DNA of 63,638 nt, counting the filler, from Choristocarpus tenellus KU-1152 (Eukaryota > Protista > Phaeophyceae): NCBI GenBank assembly GCA_964200185.2. It is 12 parts of 12 records of this genome, joined end to end, with 100 filler letters (N's around TTAATTAATTAA, not from the genome) between each part and the next. Parts side by side here need not be neighbours in the genome. Positions count along the whole stretch, not along the records: positions 34,442 to 41,747 come from CAXNAD020006367.1; positions 41,848 to 45,689 come from CAXNAD020017620.1; positions 45,790 to 49,346 come from CAXNAD020019286.1; positions 49,447 to 52,100 come from CAXNAD020025930.1; positions 52,201 to 57,474 come from CAXNAD020011290.1; 7 more parts are not named here. One strand, 5' to 3'. Made by a program: the position numbers and the translations under genes. Of the stretch, positions 39,177-52,268 are shown piece after piece. The notes below the pieces were generated by a model that saw only the letters and a program-made list of their open reading frames with translations, was not told the origin of the DNA and searched no databases. Every line of letters begins with the position of its first letter. Position 1 is the stretch's first letter.

Positions 39177-40961
39177 AGTGGTTTGACCCGTTGCCACAAC
39201 TAACTAAACAGGTGAAAATGTGCTGAGGCGTCTCGATGGAAATGTCATGTTTGCAGTGCTCAAGGGTTCGGACATCGGTCATCGGACGTTTTTTTACGCT
39301 GAATTCATATGTGCAGTTCACCAGTGCACATGTGCTCGATGATTGAGCACAACTTCCTTTTTATGGTTTAGGTAGTGTTGAAAACTCTGAGTTGAGGAGA
39401 CCTCTGTTGCAACCAAGTGTCCCCCAACAGGAAAAATGGGGTGCCAGGTTGTGATAGGTAAACAGCTTATATCCCAGCGGCCTCCTTTGTTTTCTTTGCC
39501 GGTAACCTCTCCTGGACTCTGATCCAAATGTCGCCTTTTACAACAGTATCTGCTCAAGTATTTCACTGACACGAACGAGGTGGAGATGGTGGAACTTAAG
39601 AGCAGGCGTCTCTTCCTGAAGCGAAGCCCTTGCCCGGAACACTTCTCCCGTAAAGATTTTCACGTAGGTGCTAAGGTATGATTCGTGAGCCACGTTCTTT
39701 TGGAGAAGATTATTAATCCGTTCTACATATTTGTGCTCTCCTGGATCTCATAGGCATCTTTGGAAGTGCTTTTGAAGCATGAATCTAGTCTTCCTCAATC
39801 TACACCTGACAGCGAAAATAATGTTGCAAGCTAGGGAATTTTCAATTTTGTGCTATTCCCATGACTCCCTAGACTAGACCTGCTCCTACTTCTCTATCAG
39901 CTACGACCCTCATTTTCAATGTGCCGTTCGTCCCTGTGTACTTTAACTTTAGGATCTCCCTCATTCAGTACAGGGTCTACTACAATGACGCGACCTCCTG
40001 TTTCTGACTTTATTTATTTATTGTAGACTCTGAAACTAAACCTTCACCAATGACCACAGCCACTGCCCGTAGAATTTGTTTTACGTTCCATTCCGTACTT
40101 GTTACCTCTTAGCATTATTCTCATCCTCTCAAGACCTGCCACTTATTGTGAAGTCATACTGGAATCGCCCACTTTTTGGGCACCAACAACAGCCATTTTT
40201 GATCGTTGTTCACATTCTTTCCACATCACATCTTCACTAGACTCCAGACCCCAACCTCCCAACTTTATCCCAACAACCCCAACCCAACCCCAGCCTCCCC
40301 AACCCAACCCCAACAACCACAACCCGAATCACAACGGTTCGGCCTTTTTTTGTTTTTTTGTAAGGTTATCCTATATGGTCGAGACTTGTGTATCACTGCA
40401 TTTGGTGACAAGGCAACAGAAGCTGCTATGGTGCCCATCATGGTGTGTACTGGAAAAGAAGAATGTAAAATATTTGTGCGAATCTGCTGCGGCAGGAAGG
40501 GTTAGGGTTAGGGTTAGGGTTATGGTTTCAATGTACTTAACACGTTATTTTCTTGCCTCCTCTTCAGACAGACCCTTTAGGTGATTGAGCAACGTGGGAG
40601 CCAATAGTTTGTGATAACAAGTCCTCTCCATAGGGTTGTGGGGATTGGTACCAGAGTCTTACAGAAATACTAAAATATTTATTGAGAGTTTGCTTGGATG
40701 GAATCTGGATTGTGTTGTTGTAAAAGGACAATAACTTGTCCCATAACAGGTTTGCTGCCTCTGTCTAGTGTTTGTATCTGTTGCCCCCCCCCCCTCCCCC
40801 CTCCACTCCTTTCGACCGCAACTCTCACGGAACTCAACCCCTCTCCTCCTTACAAGGCCAAGGTTGTTTTTCTAGTGGGCCCAGAGGCGTATTCAGATAG
40901 TGGCAAAATCATGGACAGGCTTTTGTCTTCCACTGGGGGGAGGCTAGGGAAGCTTAAGATG
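39177..40961 (+). CDS. NME7: Nucleoside diphosphate kinase 7-like (DM10 + NDK-like), partial; exons 39177-39211, 39547-39675, 40365-40442, 40857-40961
   Basis: WFDPLPQLTKQ|YLLKYFTDTNEVEMVELKSRRLFLKRSPCP..DFHVGAK|VILYGRDLCITAFGDKAT..|VVFLVGPEAYSDSGKIMD..KLKM; exons are in phase with GT-AG junctions. Confidence 0.8.
40498..40521 (+). repeat. Short interstitial (AGGGTT)4 telomere-like repeat
   Basis: AGGGTTAGGGTTAGGGTTAGGGTT. Confidence 0.8.
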
Positions 40962-41334
40962 GTGAGAGAGTGTTTGGGAAGGTTTGGAAAGGGGCTGAGA
41001 GTATCATATAGATAGATGAAGATGAGGGCTGGCTCGTGTAGTCTCTGCAGGAAGTAAAAATGGCCCAATGGAGAGGGGAAGGTGTCAATTTGTTAAACAC
41101 AAGACCATGTGCATGTGCATGCATCTGGAAGGATGTGCTTTTGCAGTGATGTAGTTGTTGCTGTAAAGAATTAGCTCAATATGTAATGTAACTGAAAAAC
41201 AGAAAATGTGCATCTTTCCCTTCCAAAAGTGGTAGATTTCACTCTCATCTGTAACTGCTAATGGATTGAAAAACAAAAATTTAGGGTAGTTTCCCCTTTC
41301 TTGACGGTATATAATACATACACATAATATGTGT

Positions 41335-41369
<35 letters not shown>

Positions 41370-41847
41370 CTAATAGTAGGGCGTGAGGGAGGTGGAACAG
41401 GAGATGCTGACTGTTGTGGAGACTGGCAGTATCAATGAAGCCTTGTGTATGCGGTGTCCTTGAAACAATGGAAGGCTTGTTCCATTTCCTATTTTTATTT
41501 TATCTACCAGCACTTGAAAGACAAGGTCTCTTGGACAACCCGTATGAAGTGTGTATTCCCTCAATATACAATATACAGTATACAATATAATAGATAAAAC
41601 ATATCAGGCTTGTGACAAGAATGGATTTCGTTTTTTTCCCATCCTTTGATTGATCAATCCCTCTGTCAACCCCTCTGTGAGTCTTCCTCACATTGGTCAG
41701 GAGGATTGTTGTCCTGTAGAGTAGCATGGCGACTCTCACCCCCCCCCNNNNNNNNNNNNNNNNNNNNNNNNNNNNNNNNNNNNNNNNNNNNTTAATTAAT
41801 TAANNNNNNNNNNNNNNNNNNNNNNNNNNNNNNNNNNNNNNNNNNNN

Positions 41848-42001
41848 GGCGTTCGTTTTTCACCCTTTTTTTTATTTTCACTTTTTTGGTGTAAATTGGT
41901 CGCGCGTGTCGGATTTGAAATGTCAGCAAAAAAAAAAATGCTTGACCGAAACGGACGCCCCCTCACAAACCACCCCCCACCCTCCCCAGATACTTTGACC
42001 C
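41848..42001 (+). mobile_element. Family B-related variant C, right portion
   Basis: AAACGGACGCC...CCCCAGATACTTTGACCC, as at 1-70. Confidence 0.7.
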
Positions 42002-42437
42002 TAGGTAGTTTTGTGAATGAAAAGGATTTGTACGTAGTCAAGAGTATACATTAAATTGGGTCGAAGCATTTCGATTCACGCTATTCAGCATACATGCGTG
42101 AGACAAGTCGTGCATTTGCACGTGGAAATACAAACATATCCTACTCTAAGGGGTATCTCCGTTTATGTATATAACGTTGTCCGTGAACTCCACTGCACAT
42201 ATATTATGCTGTCAAACTGACCAGAAAAATTACTTTCGAATATCCTTTTTACCCACCCAGTGCCAAGAGATGCACCTTGGGTGTGCAATGATCATCTGAA
42301 ACAGAGTGCAGTGTGGTGGTACCACTCCAAGATATGTGGTTTTTTCGAAGAAAGACTTGTCAAATAGAGAGACAAGCGAAATTGAGTAAAACACAAACGA
42401 CCACTGGGTAATGGGGCACGCACCTCTTCGTCTCTCT

Positions 42438-42696
42438 GAGCCAAAGTATCTTAGAGGGTAGGGTCGCGTCCATCTGGGGACCAAAATCCAATGTTGCGAT
42501 TTTGATGTGATTTTGGTTGTTATGTTTGTTAGGAAGTGTCGATATCCTTGTTCCAGACACACCTTTTCATAACGTACACATTTTGCCTACTGCGAAACAT
42601 TTTGGAGTAGGAAAATGTCATAAAAAAACTCGTGGGAAGCCAAGCCCCGAATGGACAAATAGGGCAAAACTCGTACCCTCTAAGATACTTTCACTC
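42438..42696 (+). mobile_element. MITE family A, copy A5
   Basis: Near-perfect TIRs GAGCCAAAGTATCTTAGAGGGTA / TACCCTCTAAGATACTTTCACTC; TSD TCT (3 bp). Confidence 0.92.
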
Positions 42697-45600
42697 TCTC
42701 CACCCTGGGAATTTCGTCATTTCTCCTGTTTACCAGGCTCTTAATTTGGACAGTATGGAGTGGACAGTCCTTATTAATTGGAGGCCCCGCAAACGATGTC
42801 CTCAGTCTGGTTGGCACACTCTAGCCGATAACATAAACAGGGCGTTGTAACCATTGAGTGGCAGAGGATTCCAAGTCAGAATTTCTGGTCACCTGAAGGA
42901 TGCAAGTGGTACCCATGTGGTGTGGGAGTACTCTTTATACAAGGTCAGGCGAGGACATCATGAAAGGGTAAGTAAGGGGGTTCTGAACCCCTCCTGGAGC
43001 CATCCATCCATACTGTACACAGCACACGGTTTAGAATCTCCCATCTGCTCAGTCAGAGCCACTAGTGCAAATGTCATTTCCAACTACTAGCAACATAGCT
43101 ACAGGGTCCTTTGAGTTACTCCATCCACCACACAATTCCACAGCCAAGCCAAGACCGGAACATGGGGTGAACCCAGACGACCCCCACGGCAGGACGGCTC
43201 TACCACACCCCCGCAAAACGATGCCACACAACTTAACCTTCCAGGCAGGGGACATCAAATCCGCCCCTCTTGAGGGTGTATCACCACGGTTCTTGTGCCT
43301 GGCAGCCACCAGTAAGAGGATAAATTTAATAGGGGCCCGGGCCTGAGCACTTCCTGCATGATATATGTGTGTGTGTGTGTGTGTGTGTCTGTGGAATGGC
43401 AGGCTTGCTACGAGAAGAGCCAAGGGTTGTCGTACAGAGTGACCTCTTGGAGGTAATGCTTTTCACCCAAGAAAATAATAACACTTATTACTGGACTGGA
43501 AATGACAAGGGTGTGGGAAACAAACATTGTCTGCCCACTATTGGGTGAAGAGCAAGAGGGGCACATCCATGGTCAGGTCCTCAAAAACTGGGGGTCAAGC
43601 ATTGGAAGTGTCAACTTCTTCCAGTACTGGAGGAGCTCAAAACTGTCAAGGTCCAAATCCTTCCATACGCCAAGTTTCTCCTCCGACTCCTTTTTTACAA
43701 GTTCGGATGGTGAAGCACCTCTTCCCACAGATGTGGTAGAAATTACTTCTCCCCCCCCCCTCCCAGCACCCAGGAAAGGTCGCTGTGCCCTGACTTCTTC
43801 CTGGTTTGCGTGTCCTCCTCATTCCTGTCTCGGGCTCAGATTGGTCTATCACGTTGGTCTCATTGCTGCAGTCAGCATTGTTCCTGGTGGAGCAGAAGAA
43901 GTGGAGATCAATGGTGAAGTGGGCCTACGGTGACAGCTCTCTTTGTCTTGTGTGCAGTACCTTGCCAACATTTCTTTTTAGCCACTTGTATTGGGGTCCA
44001 GCATGAAGAAAACCTCTTAGCATTGGCGGTGGGCCTATCCAGCTTATTTTCCTCAACTGCAACATTGAGCACCCCCAGCAGAGTTCGGACCTAACTATGA
44101 AGTCTTGTCACACCCATGAGCCTGGCCTCCGCACCGCCCCAGCCCCTCGTGTCCTATTGCTCATGTCACTAACAATCTGTATGAGAACCTGCATCAGAAC
44201 AAGCACCTGCCATGGTATGCATCCTACCCACCCTGAATGTGATGGGCCACCTCTAACACCTGGTCCATAGCGCTGCCCACCTCATTTATCATCTTTTATT
44301 CCAATGGATTCCACTGGCAATAGCCTTTGTTTGTTGCATGGTCAACAAAAAAATTCATTATATGTTTCCACAGTTGCAGGGTGCTCTCAAATATGGTGTG
44401 TATGTTGGGAAACCTGGTTAGTTGGAGATGAGGTTACATGGACAAAATAGTATAGTAAAGATACCAACTATAGTACTTACAGTAGTATAAAAGGGAAATT
44501 AAGAGTAGAGTCTACTTGAAATTCATACACAAAAACAAAGTAAATACATGCACTCCATTCTTGTACACATTAATCAGCAAATAAATATTAATGCTGGAAG
44601 GGAAATGAGAAAGTAATACGTTAACGTAAAATACTTCGTTTTCCTCAAAAAACAAAAGAACAGTAGGCAAAAACACTAGAAATAGTTCACAACTACTGTT
44701 GATGGAAATCCATCAAGGGTTCTTCATCAATGGAGTTGTAGGGTATAAAACTGATGTTCGGTATGCGTATATTTTGTGCAATTTACAGCTAGAGTATTTG
44801 CACATTGCCATTGTCCTTTGAATTGGTTCCGTATCCCACCCTTATATATGGAGAGCATGTCCTGACCTCGTGACATTCTACTTGACAAGGTCGAGGGTGC
44901 ACTCGAGACCCTCCTTTAGATCTCGAACCACCTTGAGACGTCCGTGTTGTATCTAGAATAACTGGATCATCCAACCATGCGGGTGATCTTGTTGTTGGTT
45001 TCCCTAACTTACTCCTTCTTGCGCGTTTCCTTCTCGTTGGCAGAAGTCCACAACTCTGCACATAACTACAGTGTTAAGGCGATCAGCACTGCACCTAATA
45101 CCCTCAATGCCAAGAGCACAGACAGCGTTGTAGGTGTCGGCTCATTGGTTCATTGTTCCTGCGAGGAATATGTCCTTGGGATAAACACCCTCGCCCTTGA
45201 ACCCAGAGAAGAATCCTGTATTAACCCTGTTCCAGTCCGCTAAAGAGAAGGACAATGTAAGAAGTAGCAAGGTGGGGTAGAAGCAATATAAGTATGAATG
45301 TAGTGTAATACCTGCTACACTTAGATCCTGCTGAACCAAGCAAAAAAAATACCAAAGACCAAAGACCCTGCCCTAGTGACGTTTTGAACCTCACCTTGCC
45401 TATCCACAGCTTCAAGTCCTGTCCCGTGCGAGTTCCTGGGAAAACATATGTGAACAGGGCAAGCCGCTGCAATTTAATGTAGTTGCTTAGGATAAAGGAC
45501 ACTAAAATTGTTCTGATCTCAGTATTGGACAGAGAGTCTTGCGTGAGTCCAGGTGCTCCTCAAGGTAGTACATGGCAGAAGCCCCCACCTCAATATACAC

Positions 45601-45970
45601 CTCATGAGGATCTTGTTGAGGCTCAAAATATCTGGGAGGGGGTGGCGGCTGTCCATTTGGGGTCAATTTTTTCATGTCGTGATTTTTTGNNNNNNNNNNN
45701 NNNNNNNNNNNNNNNNNNNNNNNNNNNNNNNNNTTAATTAATTAANNNNNNNNNNNNNNNNNNNNNNNNNNNNNNNNNNNNNNNNNNNNGACCCAAAGTA
45801 TCTGGGGGGGGGGGTCTACACCAGGGTGTCCATTTGAGCCATGGTCAGCCAGGAAAAGTGCGCTTACATTATCCATTCGACATATGCAACCAAATCACAC
45901 AAAAATCGCAACATGGAAAAATTGGCCCCAAACAGACAGTCGCCACCCCCCCCCCAGGTAATTTGAGCCA

Positions 45971-46116
45971 TAGTAATAGTAATAGTAATAGTAATAGTAA
46001 TAGTAATAGTAATGGTAGAAAAGGATTACCAGTAATATTAGTTACACATTTTACAAGATAAAAATAGACGAAAAAGGCAACTATGAGACCAACTATGAGA
46101 CCAACTATGAGACCAA
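45971..46116 (+). repeat. (TAGTAA)7 microsatellite and (CAACTATGAGAC)3 minisatellite
   Basis: Directly visible at ~45971-46012 and ~46078-46116. Confidence 0.9.
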
Positions 46117-47201
46117 TGGGACACCTATTCGTAGCATGTACTTAAGTGCTTCTAAAAAGTATAACCACTCCCGCCCTTCAACACCGGCATCATTCCACAG
46201 GGAAAATTACATTGAAACTATTTTAAGAAGCAGGGTGACACCACAGATCATGCTTAACTCTACAAAGCAGTAATTTCCAGTGAGTTGCTGGTTAGCGTTC
46301 TATTGCATCCAACTCTGCAACGTATACATAAAATGTATCATTAATCCTACGTACAAACTTAAGTACAGTTACTCAAAGTAGTGCCTGGCCAAGGTTATCT
46401 CCTTACTCTTACTCACATTCTTAATCGTAGTCATTTTATTCTTTCTTTTTCATTATTTTATTGCTGCTACTATCAATATCATTGTCATTTTATTTTTTTA
46501 TGTGACTATGCAACAAAGACCAAGGAAAAAATGTTTTACATACATGTGCATAGATGTGCATAATACAACCATTGTTGTAGCTATCCCTCTTTTTCACTGG
46601 CTTTGGAATGTCAGACTGACCTCCTAACCTATTGTGACTCTATTTTGATTCTGCAGACAAAGGGCGAACCAGAGCACGCCCAACCCTTCTCCAGAGACCC
46701 CACGGAAAGGGGAGGATCCAGTCAGGTATTATATTTCTGAAGTGCAGGACTCCTAAACATATCAATGAGTAGAGTCAACCTGAACAGGGTTTAGTGAACT
46801 AAACAGCTCTGGGCGCCACTGGGTTGTCAACATGTGAATATATATTATACTATTAGTAGTATGTGTGTGTGTTTATGTGTAGTACGCCACAAATTGTGAT
46901 GTGCATTCTTCCACCTATTCCCCAGTTGTTATTTGCTCAGTACATGCAGGAGTAATATTTTAAAGTAGAAAACATTAGCAACAACTTTTGAGAGCAGTAT
47001 ATTCTCACCTCTCAATGTAAGTGCTGTAAACGATGTACTGTGCCACATGCCTCCAAGTGAATATACTCCGGAGTATGTTTACACTCCATACCCTCTTGAC
47101 CATCATGAGTGCATGATGACATAAAAGTAAGTCAAGAGTCAGAACATCCTAGAGGTGGGTGCCATTTTCAGTGCGCAGGCCCTCTATATCTGCCTTCCTG
47201 T

Positions 47202-47462
47202 GAGTGGAAGTATCTTAGAGGGTACGAGCTTTGCCCTGTTTGTCCATTTGGGGCTTGGCTTCCCATGGGTTTTTTTATGACTTTTTCCTACTCCAAAATG
47301 TTTCGGAGTAGGTAAAGTGTATACGTTATGAAAAGGTGCGTCCGGGACAAGGATATTGACATCTTCTAACAAACACGATAGCCAAAATTACATCAAAATC
47401 GCAACATTGGATTTTGGCCCAAGATGGACGTGGCCCTACCCTCTAAGATAACACTTTGACTC
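47202..47462 (-). mobile_element. MITE family A, copy A6
   Basis: Full TIRs; TSD TGT (3 bp). Confidence 0.9.
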
Positions 47463-48086
47463 TGTACATTTCATTGCTTGCACTCTAGAGGGAGATTTCA
47501 TGCTCGTATCAAAGAACAACTATCTCCTCTTCTCAACAGCCACATCCTCATTGTGGGGGTTAGCTGCACTTTGGGCATGGGAGTGGGAGTGTCAGGCAGA
47601 AGAGTTATTTTAGCAGTTTGTTTTCAAGAGGGCTCACGTAAGGCCCCCCTTCAGGATAAAATGATTCTCAGCATTTCATTGAAGCCCAATAGATTTTGCT
47701 CTTTTTGAAAATTTATGTAGAAAAAAGTTTAGCATATTTTGAAAATGTACTAGAGATTTGAATTGAACATATTGTAGTGAGGTATTGTCCATTTGAATTG
47801 AACAGAGTTGTGGTCTCAAGACATCTGAGAAGATATATGGAGTGAAAAATACAGGACATAGTAGAGATCCTCAGCAATAAAACTCTGGAAGTGCTTAGTT
47901 TGCCCTCACATTTTTTTCTTCATGTCTTTGGACATGTGAGGCACACGGATCACAGTCCTCAGAACAATCAACCAAGGCCTAACACCAACCCTCTCCCCAA
48001 ATAATAACCAGATAATTCCATTCATTCTATTAATGGCTCATGCTTGGAATGTAAATAGGTCCTGATGAAGGGAGCAAGGGAGAAGC

Positions 48087-48117
<31 letters not shown>

Positions 48118-48346
48118 GACACACCACCCTCCACCTCAAAAAAAANNNNNNNNNNGGGGGGGGGGGGGGGAGTGGGGTGGTGGGGGGGGGGGATGGGGGG
48201 GGGGGGAGGGACGACTGACTATACCTCCAACTGTCCAGACAGACAGACACAAATGCGATTCTAGATTATGATGATTATAATATGAATGAGGTGTAGGAAG
48301 ATACAGTGTGCTTACAAAGTAGCATTAAGAGAAGAATTTCGACCAA

Positions 48347-48410
48347 CCGAATCAGCCAATACTTCGCAATGTACCGAATCAGCCAATACTTCGCAATGTA
48401 CTGAATCAGC
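48347..48410 (+). repeat. 27-bp tandem repeat, ~2.3 copies
   Basis: CCGAATCAGCCAATACTTCGCAATGTA twice, plus a partial copy. Confidence 0.85.
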
Positions 48411-50057
48411 ACTAGGATAGAATTCACCCCGCAGCATTTCCTAACCCTGACCGTAACAGTGAACATGACCCCAGGATCAGTCTGCACTATGGCCATATCC
48501 CCCACCTTGTTCTGTGTGCATTTCTATACATACATATATATATACTCATTTATTAATTTCATCTATAATAGTGCCCTTTTTCAATTCCATTTGCTATGCA
48601 AGCAGGCCCGAAAAGATAAGCTATTGGGACGTCAAAAAGCCGGATGTTCAGGTGTCGAAGAGAGACCAAATCAAGCTATTACAAGCAACGTGAGCTATGA
48701 GTTGTTGTTTTTTATGTCCTCTTTCTTCTACTTCCTGCGGGGGCGGAATGGTTCTATTGGAACCTGACGCTCCGAAGTGATAATAATAATATCGTACTCC
48801 AAATCTTGGGAATAGAAAAAAAGGTACTGAGATGCTGCGGTCTCATGTGGAGTGATTGTGTTCCGTTATTGTTTTCTCCTCTATTATTATTACTTTTATT
48901 ATTATTACCTTCATCGTTGTAGTGAAATATTTTCCTACAACCGTTATCCCCACTACTTTTTTTTTCTATTGCTGTTGTTAGAAATAAAAAAATATTACAA
49001 TTTTCTAAACCTACGCGAGTAAGACAGACGTATCAAACCGGCTCTAATTAGAATACCAAGCTATCAAATCAGATTACTAACATCATGCTGTGTTTATAGC
49101 TCCACCCTGTGCACTTCAAAGAAACCAACGATCTTCTAAAACATACAACGACTGATAAGTCAGGATACACCCTCACAGGGTCAAAGTAGCTGGGGTGGGG
49201 GGTGACGGCTGTCCATTTGAGGTCAATGTTTTTCATGTGGCGATTTTTGGGTGATTTGGTTGCATACGTCGGATGGATAAAGTACATGCACTTTTCCTGC
49301 TTTGGGGTCAAATTGACACCCTAGTGTAGACCCCTCCCCCCCCCCCNNNNNNNNNNNNNNNNNNNNNNNNNNNNNNNNNNNNNNNNNNNNTTAATTAATT
49401 AANNNNNNNNNNNNNNNNNNNNNNNNNNNNNNNNNNNNNNNNNNNNACATTAAAAAATTGCCCCCAAATGGACAGCCGCCACCCCCTCCCAGATACTTTG
49501 AGCCATGTGCGTGTATGAATTGAGGGAAATAACTACCTAGGTAACATCTATGCAATCGTGGTCAGAAACCACTCGTTTACGATCATAGGTGCATGATGCC
49601 TCCCTTGGAGACACAGATGCCGTCCCGCTAGGCCCTTCCTCCAAGCTAAGAGGTGAGGCAAGTGCTCCAATACCACCTAAGGAGACGAAGAGGCCAAACA
49701 GAAGAAAATCCTGAAGACAATGAAAGCGCTCCAAAACCATTCAGGGAGATGACAAAACCAAGCAGAAAAAATCCAGACTACAGTTGGGAGCTACCAAGAA
49801 TCCTAAGTTTCGAGGTGAAAACTGAGTACTCTGTTTGAAGAGACTAGGTAGGACCTCCATGTTACAACACGCTCCAGAAGCTTACCTCCACAGGATATAT
49901 TGCTCCAATCCACGGGCCTATAAACAATGCTAATGTTCGTACAAGCCTCCTAGGATACTCCAACAGTCAATGGAGTCCAGCGCACGTCTGGTTAGCTGAA
50001 CAGAGATACTTCTTTCGATTGATAGTCACTGATTGGTGTCAGTTAATGTTTTGTTTA

Positions 50058-50181
50058 GAGCCAAAGTATCTTAGAGGGTAGAACCACGTCCATTTGGGGG
50101 TCAAACTAAAAAATTTGTGTTGATGTAATTTTGGCTATCGTGTTTGTTAGGAAGTGTCAATATCTATGTTTCGGACACAAC
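50058..50181 (+). mobile_element. MITE family A, left half only (A7)
   Basis: GAGCCAAAGTATCTTAGAGGGTAG... through CGGACACAAC, then the sequence diverges. Confidence 0.85.
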
Positions 50182-50251
50182 TCAAGCCTGTCCTCCCTCG
50201 CCCTTGTGCCTTGACGATAAAATATCACCCACCCAGGAAACATGGACGACG

Positions 50252-50550
50252 CCCATTTCTGGCGCTCAACGAGGAAATGTGATAGTAAAGGCTCTAACAC
50301 CACGAATCCTGTACCTGTGTATGAATGACGGGAAAGACCGTCAAACGTCGCTCGAGATGGCAGCAGGATATGCACTGATCAGGACGGAAACTGTGAGTAA
50401 ATGGGAGAGAGACTTCCTAACTAAGAGCCATATCAAGGTGTTGGAGCAAGGGCACTACGAGAGGCGTTTCATTCTGGGCCTTGACAAGGACTTATCCTTG
50501 TCGAGGTCAAAGAGTGGGTGCGCGAACAAACAGTAAGAAAGGGTGGGGAG
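50252..50550 (+). mobile_element. Transposase-like N-terminal fragment (HTH-type; possibly IS630/Tc1/mariner-related)
   Basis: AAGYALIRTETVSKWERDF..EQGHYERRFIL, then after a frameshift VKEWVREQTVRKG; repeated at 4072-4223. Family assignment is inference. Confidence 0.45.
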
Positions 50551-50699
50551 GCTTTTTTCCCGCCTAAACCCTGTACTTTAATCAAGTAGTAGTGTACTTG
50601 TTGCCACTCTTGGTGACCTACAATCCAGGTTTCGAACCCCAATATGACTGCTCTTTCTTCAAAAAAAGAAAGAAATAATGAAACAAAATGAAGCCCGTA

Positions 50700-51860
50700 C
50701 TCTAGAAGGCCTTGTGATGGGCGCATCTCGAATATGTGCTTTTATATTTTAAATCCGATGTCTACATCAAAAATTATGACGGGACAACCCTAGAGGGTGA
50801 AGGTATTGGTACTACTATAGCGATTTTGCAGCAGAATAATCCTTTGAGAAACGAAATGGTAAACCGTGGAATTAAAGAAGAATGGATCTTTGATGATCTC
50901 ATAGAAGAATTGTCTAATCGAAGCGACCAGTATGTAACACAGTTGTACCAACCAATCCAAATGCTGCAAAATCTGCGTCATACAAGGATAAGACCCCCAC
51001 TGCTTTAAGTAGCATGGCCGATGCACATGCTATGTTTGCGATCATGGTACGCCCTCTGTTTGCCCCAGTCAAAACTCCAATCATCAGGCAGGATCTGGGA
51101 CTACCCCACCTGAACAGGACATCTACGCCAGGAGAGGTGCCAAGTCAAAATTCGCTGCCACACCAAGAGGTGGTCAACAGTGTAGCGGCAGTCCTTGTGC
51201 CGATGCTCCAACTTGTCTTATCCCAGAACCCCTTGCCTGCTGTCTGTGCTGCCTTGACCAACCAACCTGCTTCTGTTCCTGGGAAACATGGGACCTCATT
51301 CGTTCCTAAGAGCAAGGCATCCACACCCTTTTGACCAGTCACACCCACTCCCTAGCCTGTGCTTCGATCCACACCTTCCCTAGCCACAGACAAAGCGAGC
51401 AATACAGGTCGGCACTACTCGGCTAAGGATTTGCCTCCACCGTACGCCTCCCAAGATGAAGTCATCGCATGGCTAAAGGCACTTCGAGTTTGCTTCCATC
51501 ACGCTTTCGGTCGCGATTGCTTCAAGTCTATCAGACGCAGGTGCCCGTATATCCACGATGACTCCGCAGTACCTAAGAGTTACTTTGCATATCTTTCCCA
51601 AGAACAGCAAGGTACTACCCCCACGAATGAGTCACAAACGATGGTAGCCTTGACAGACACCCATCTTCAATACCTGGCAGCAATGCAAGACTTAGAATTT
51701 CCTCCACTATTCGCAAGCAGTCCGACCAATTCAGAAGCATCAGAGTTGCCTTGAAGGTGCGCCCTGGAGTCTGAAGCTCCAGGGAACCCAGTCACTGTAG
51801 CCATAGACAGCATGGTGCCCACTCCCAACTTGAAAATATTCGCCATGTCACCTGTCCAAC
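50700..51860 (+). mobile_element. Probable decayed LTR retrotransposon gag/protease region
   Basis: Cys/His motif VCFHHAFGRDC..RCPYIHD followed by a VAIDS protease-like motif; broken frames. Confidence 0.35.
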
Positions 51861-52268
51861 GGTAAACACGAATTCTCAAGTCACCAACAAGAGGGACAAG
51901 AATTTTTATTGGTTATCCAATCCATTTACTGCACGATAGCTGCAATCATTTCACGGCATTATGGGATCTGTTCTATTCTTTTGTGAAGATACCAAGACGG
52001 TCCATAGCCACAAAGACGAAGGCGATAGATAACATTAGCGGACGAACGACGACCAGGACCAGGTCTATGTCCAACAATGCTATCAATAGTATATTGGCCA
52101 NNNNNNNNNNNNNNNNNNNNNNNNNNNNNNNNNNNNNNNNNNNNTTAATTAATTAANNNNNNNNNNNNNNNNNNNNNNNNNNNNNNNNNNNNNNNNNNNN
52201 GGTTTATTTGGCAGAAGCGCGCGGCCGCTCGGTAGCCCCCGCCCCCCCCCAAGATACTTTAACCCACG

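Noticed and set aside
30810-40961. Ciliary gene cluster (CCDC180-like plus NME7)
   Set aside because: The genes are separated by a linker, so there is no evidence of real linkage.
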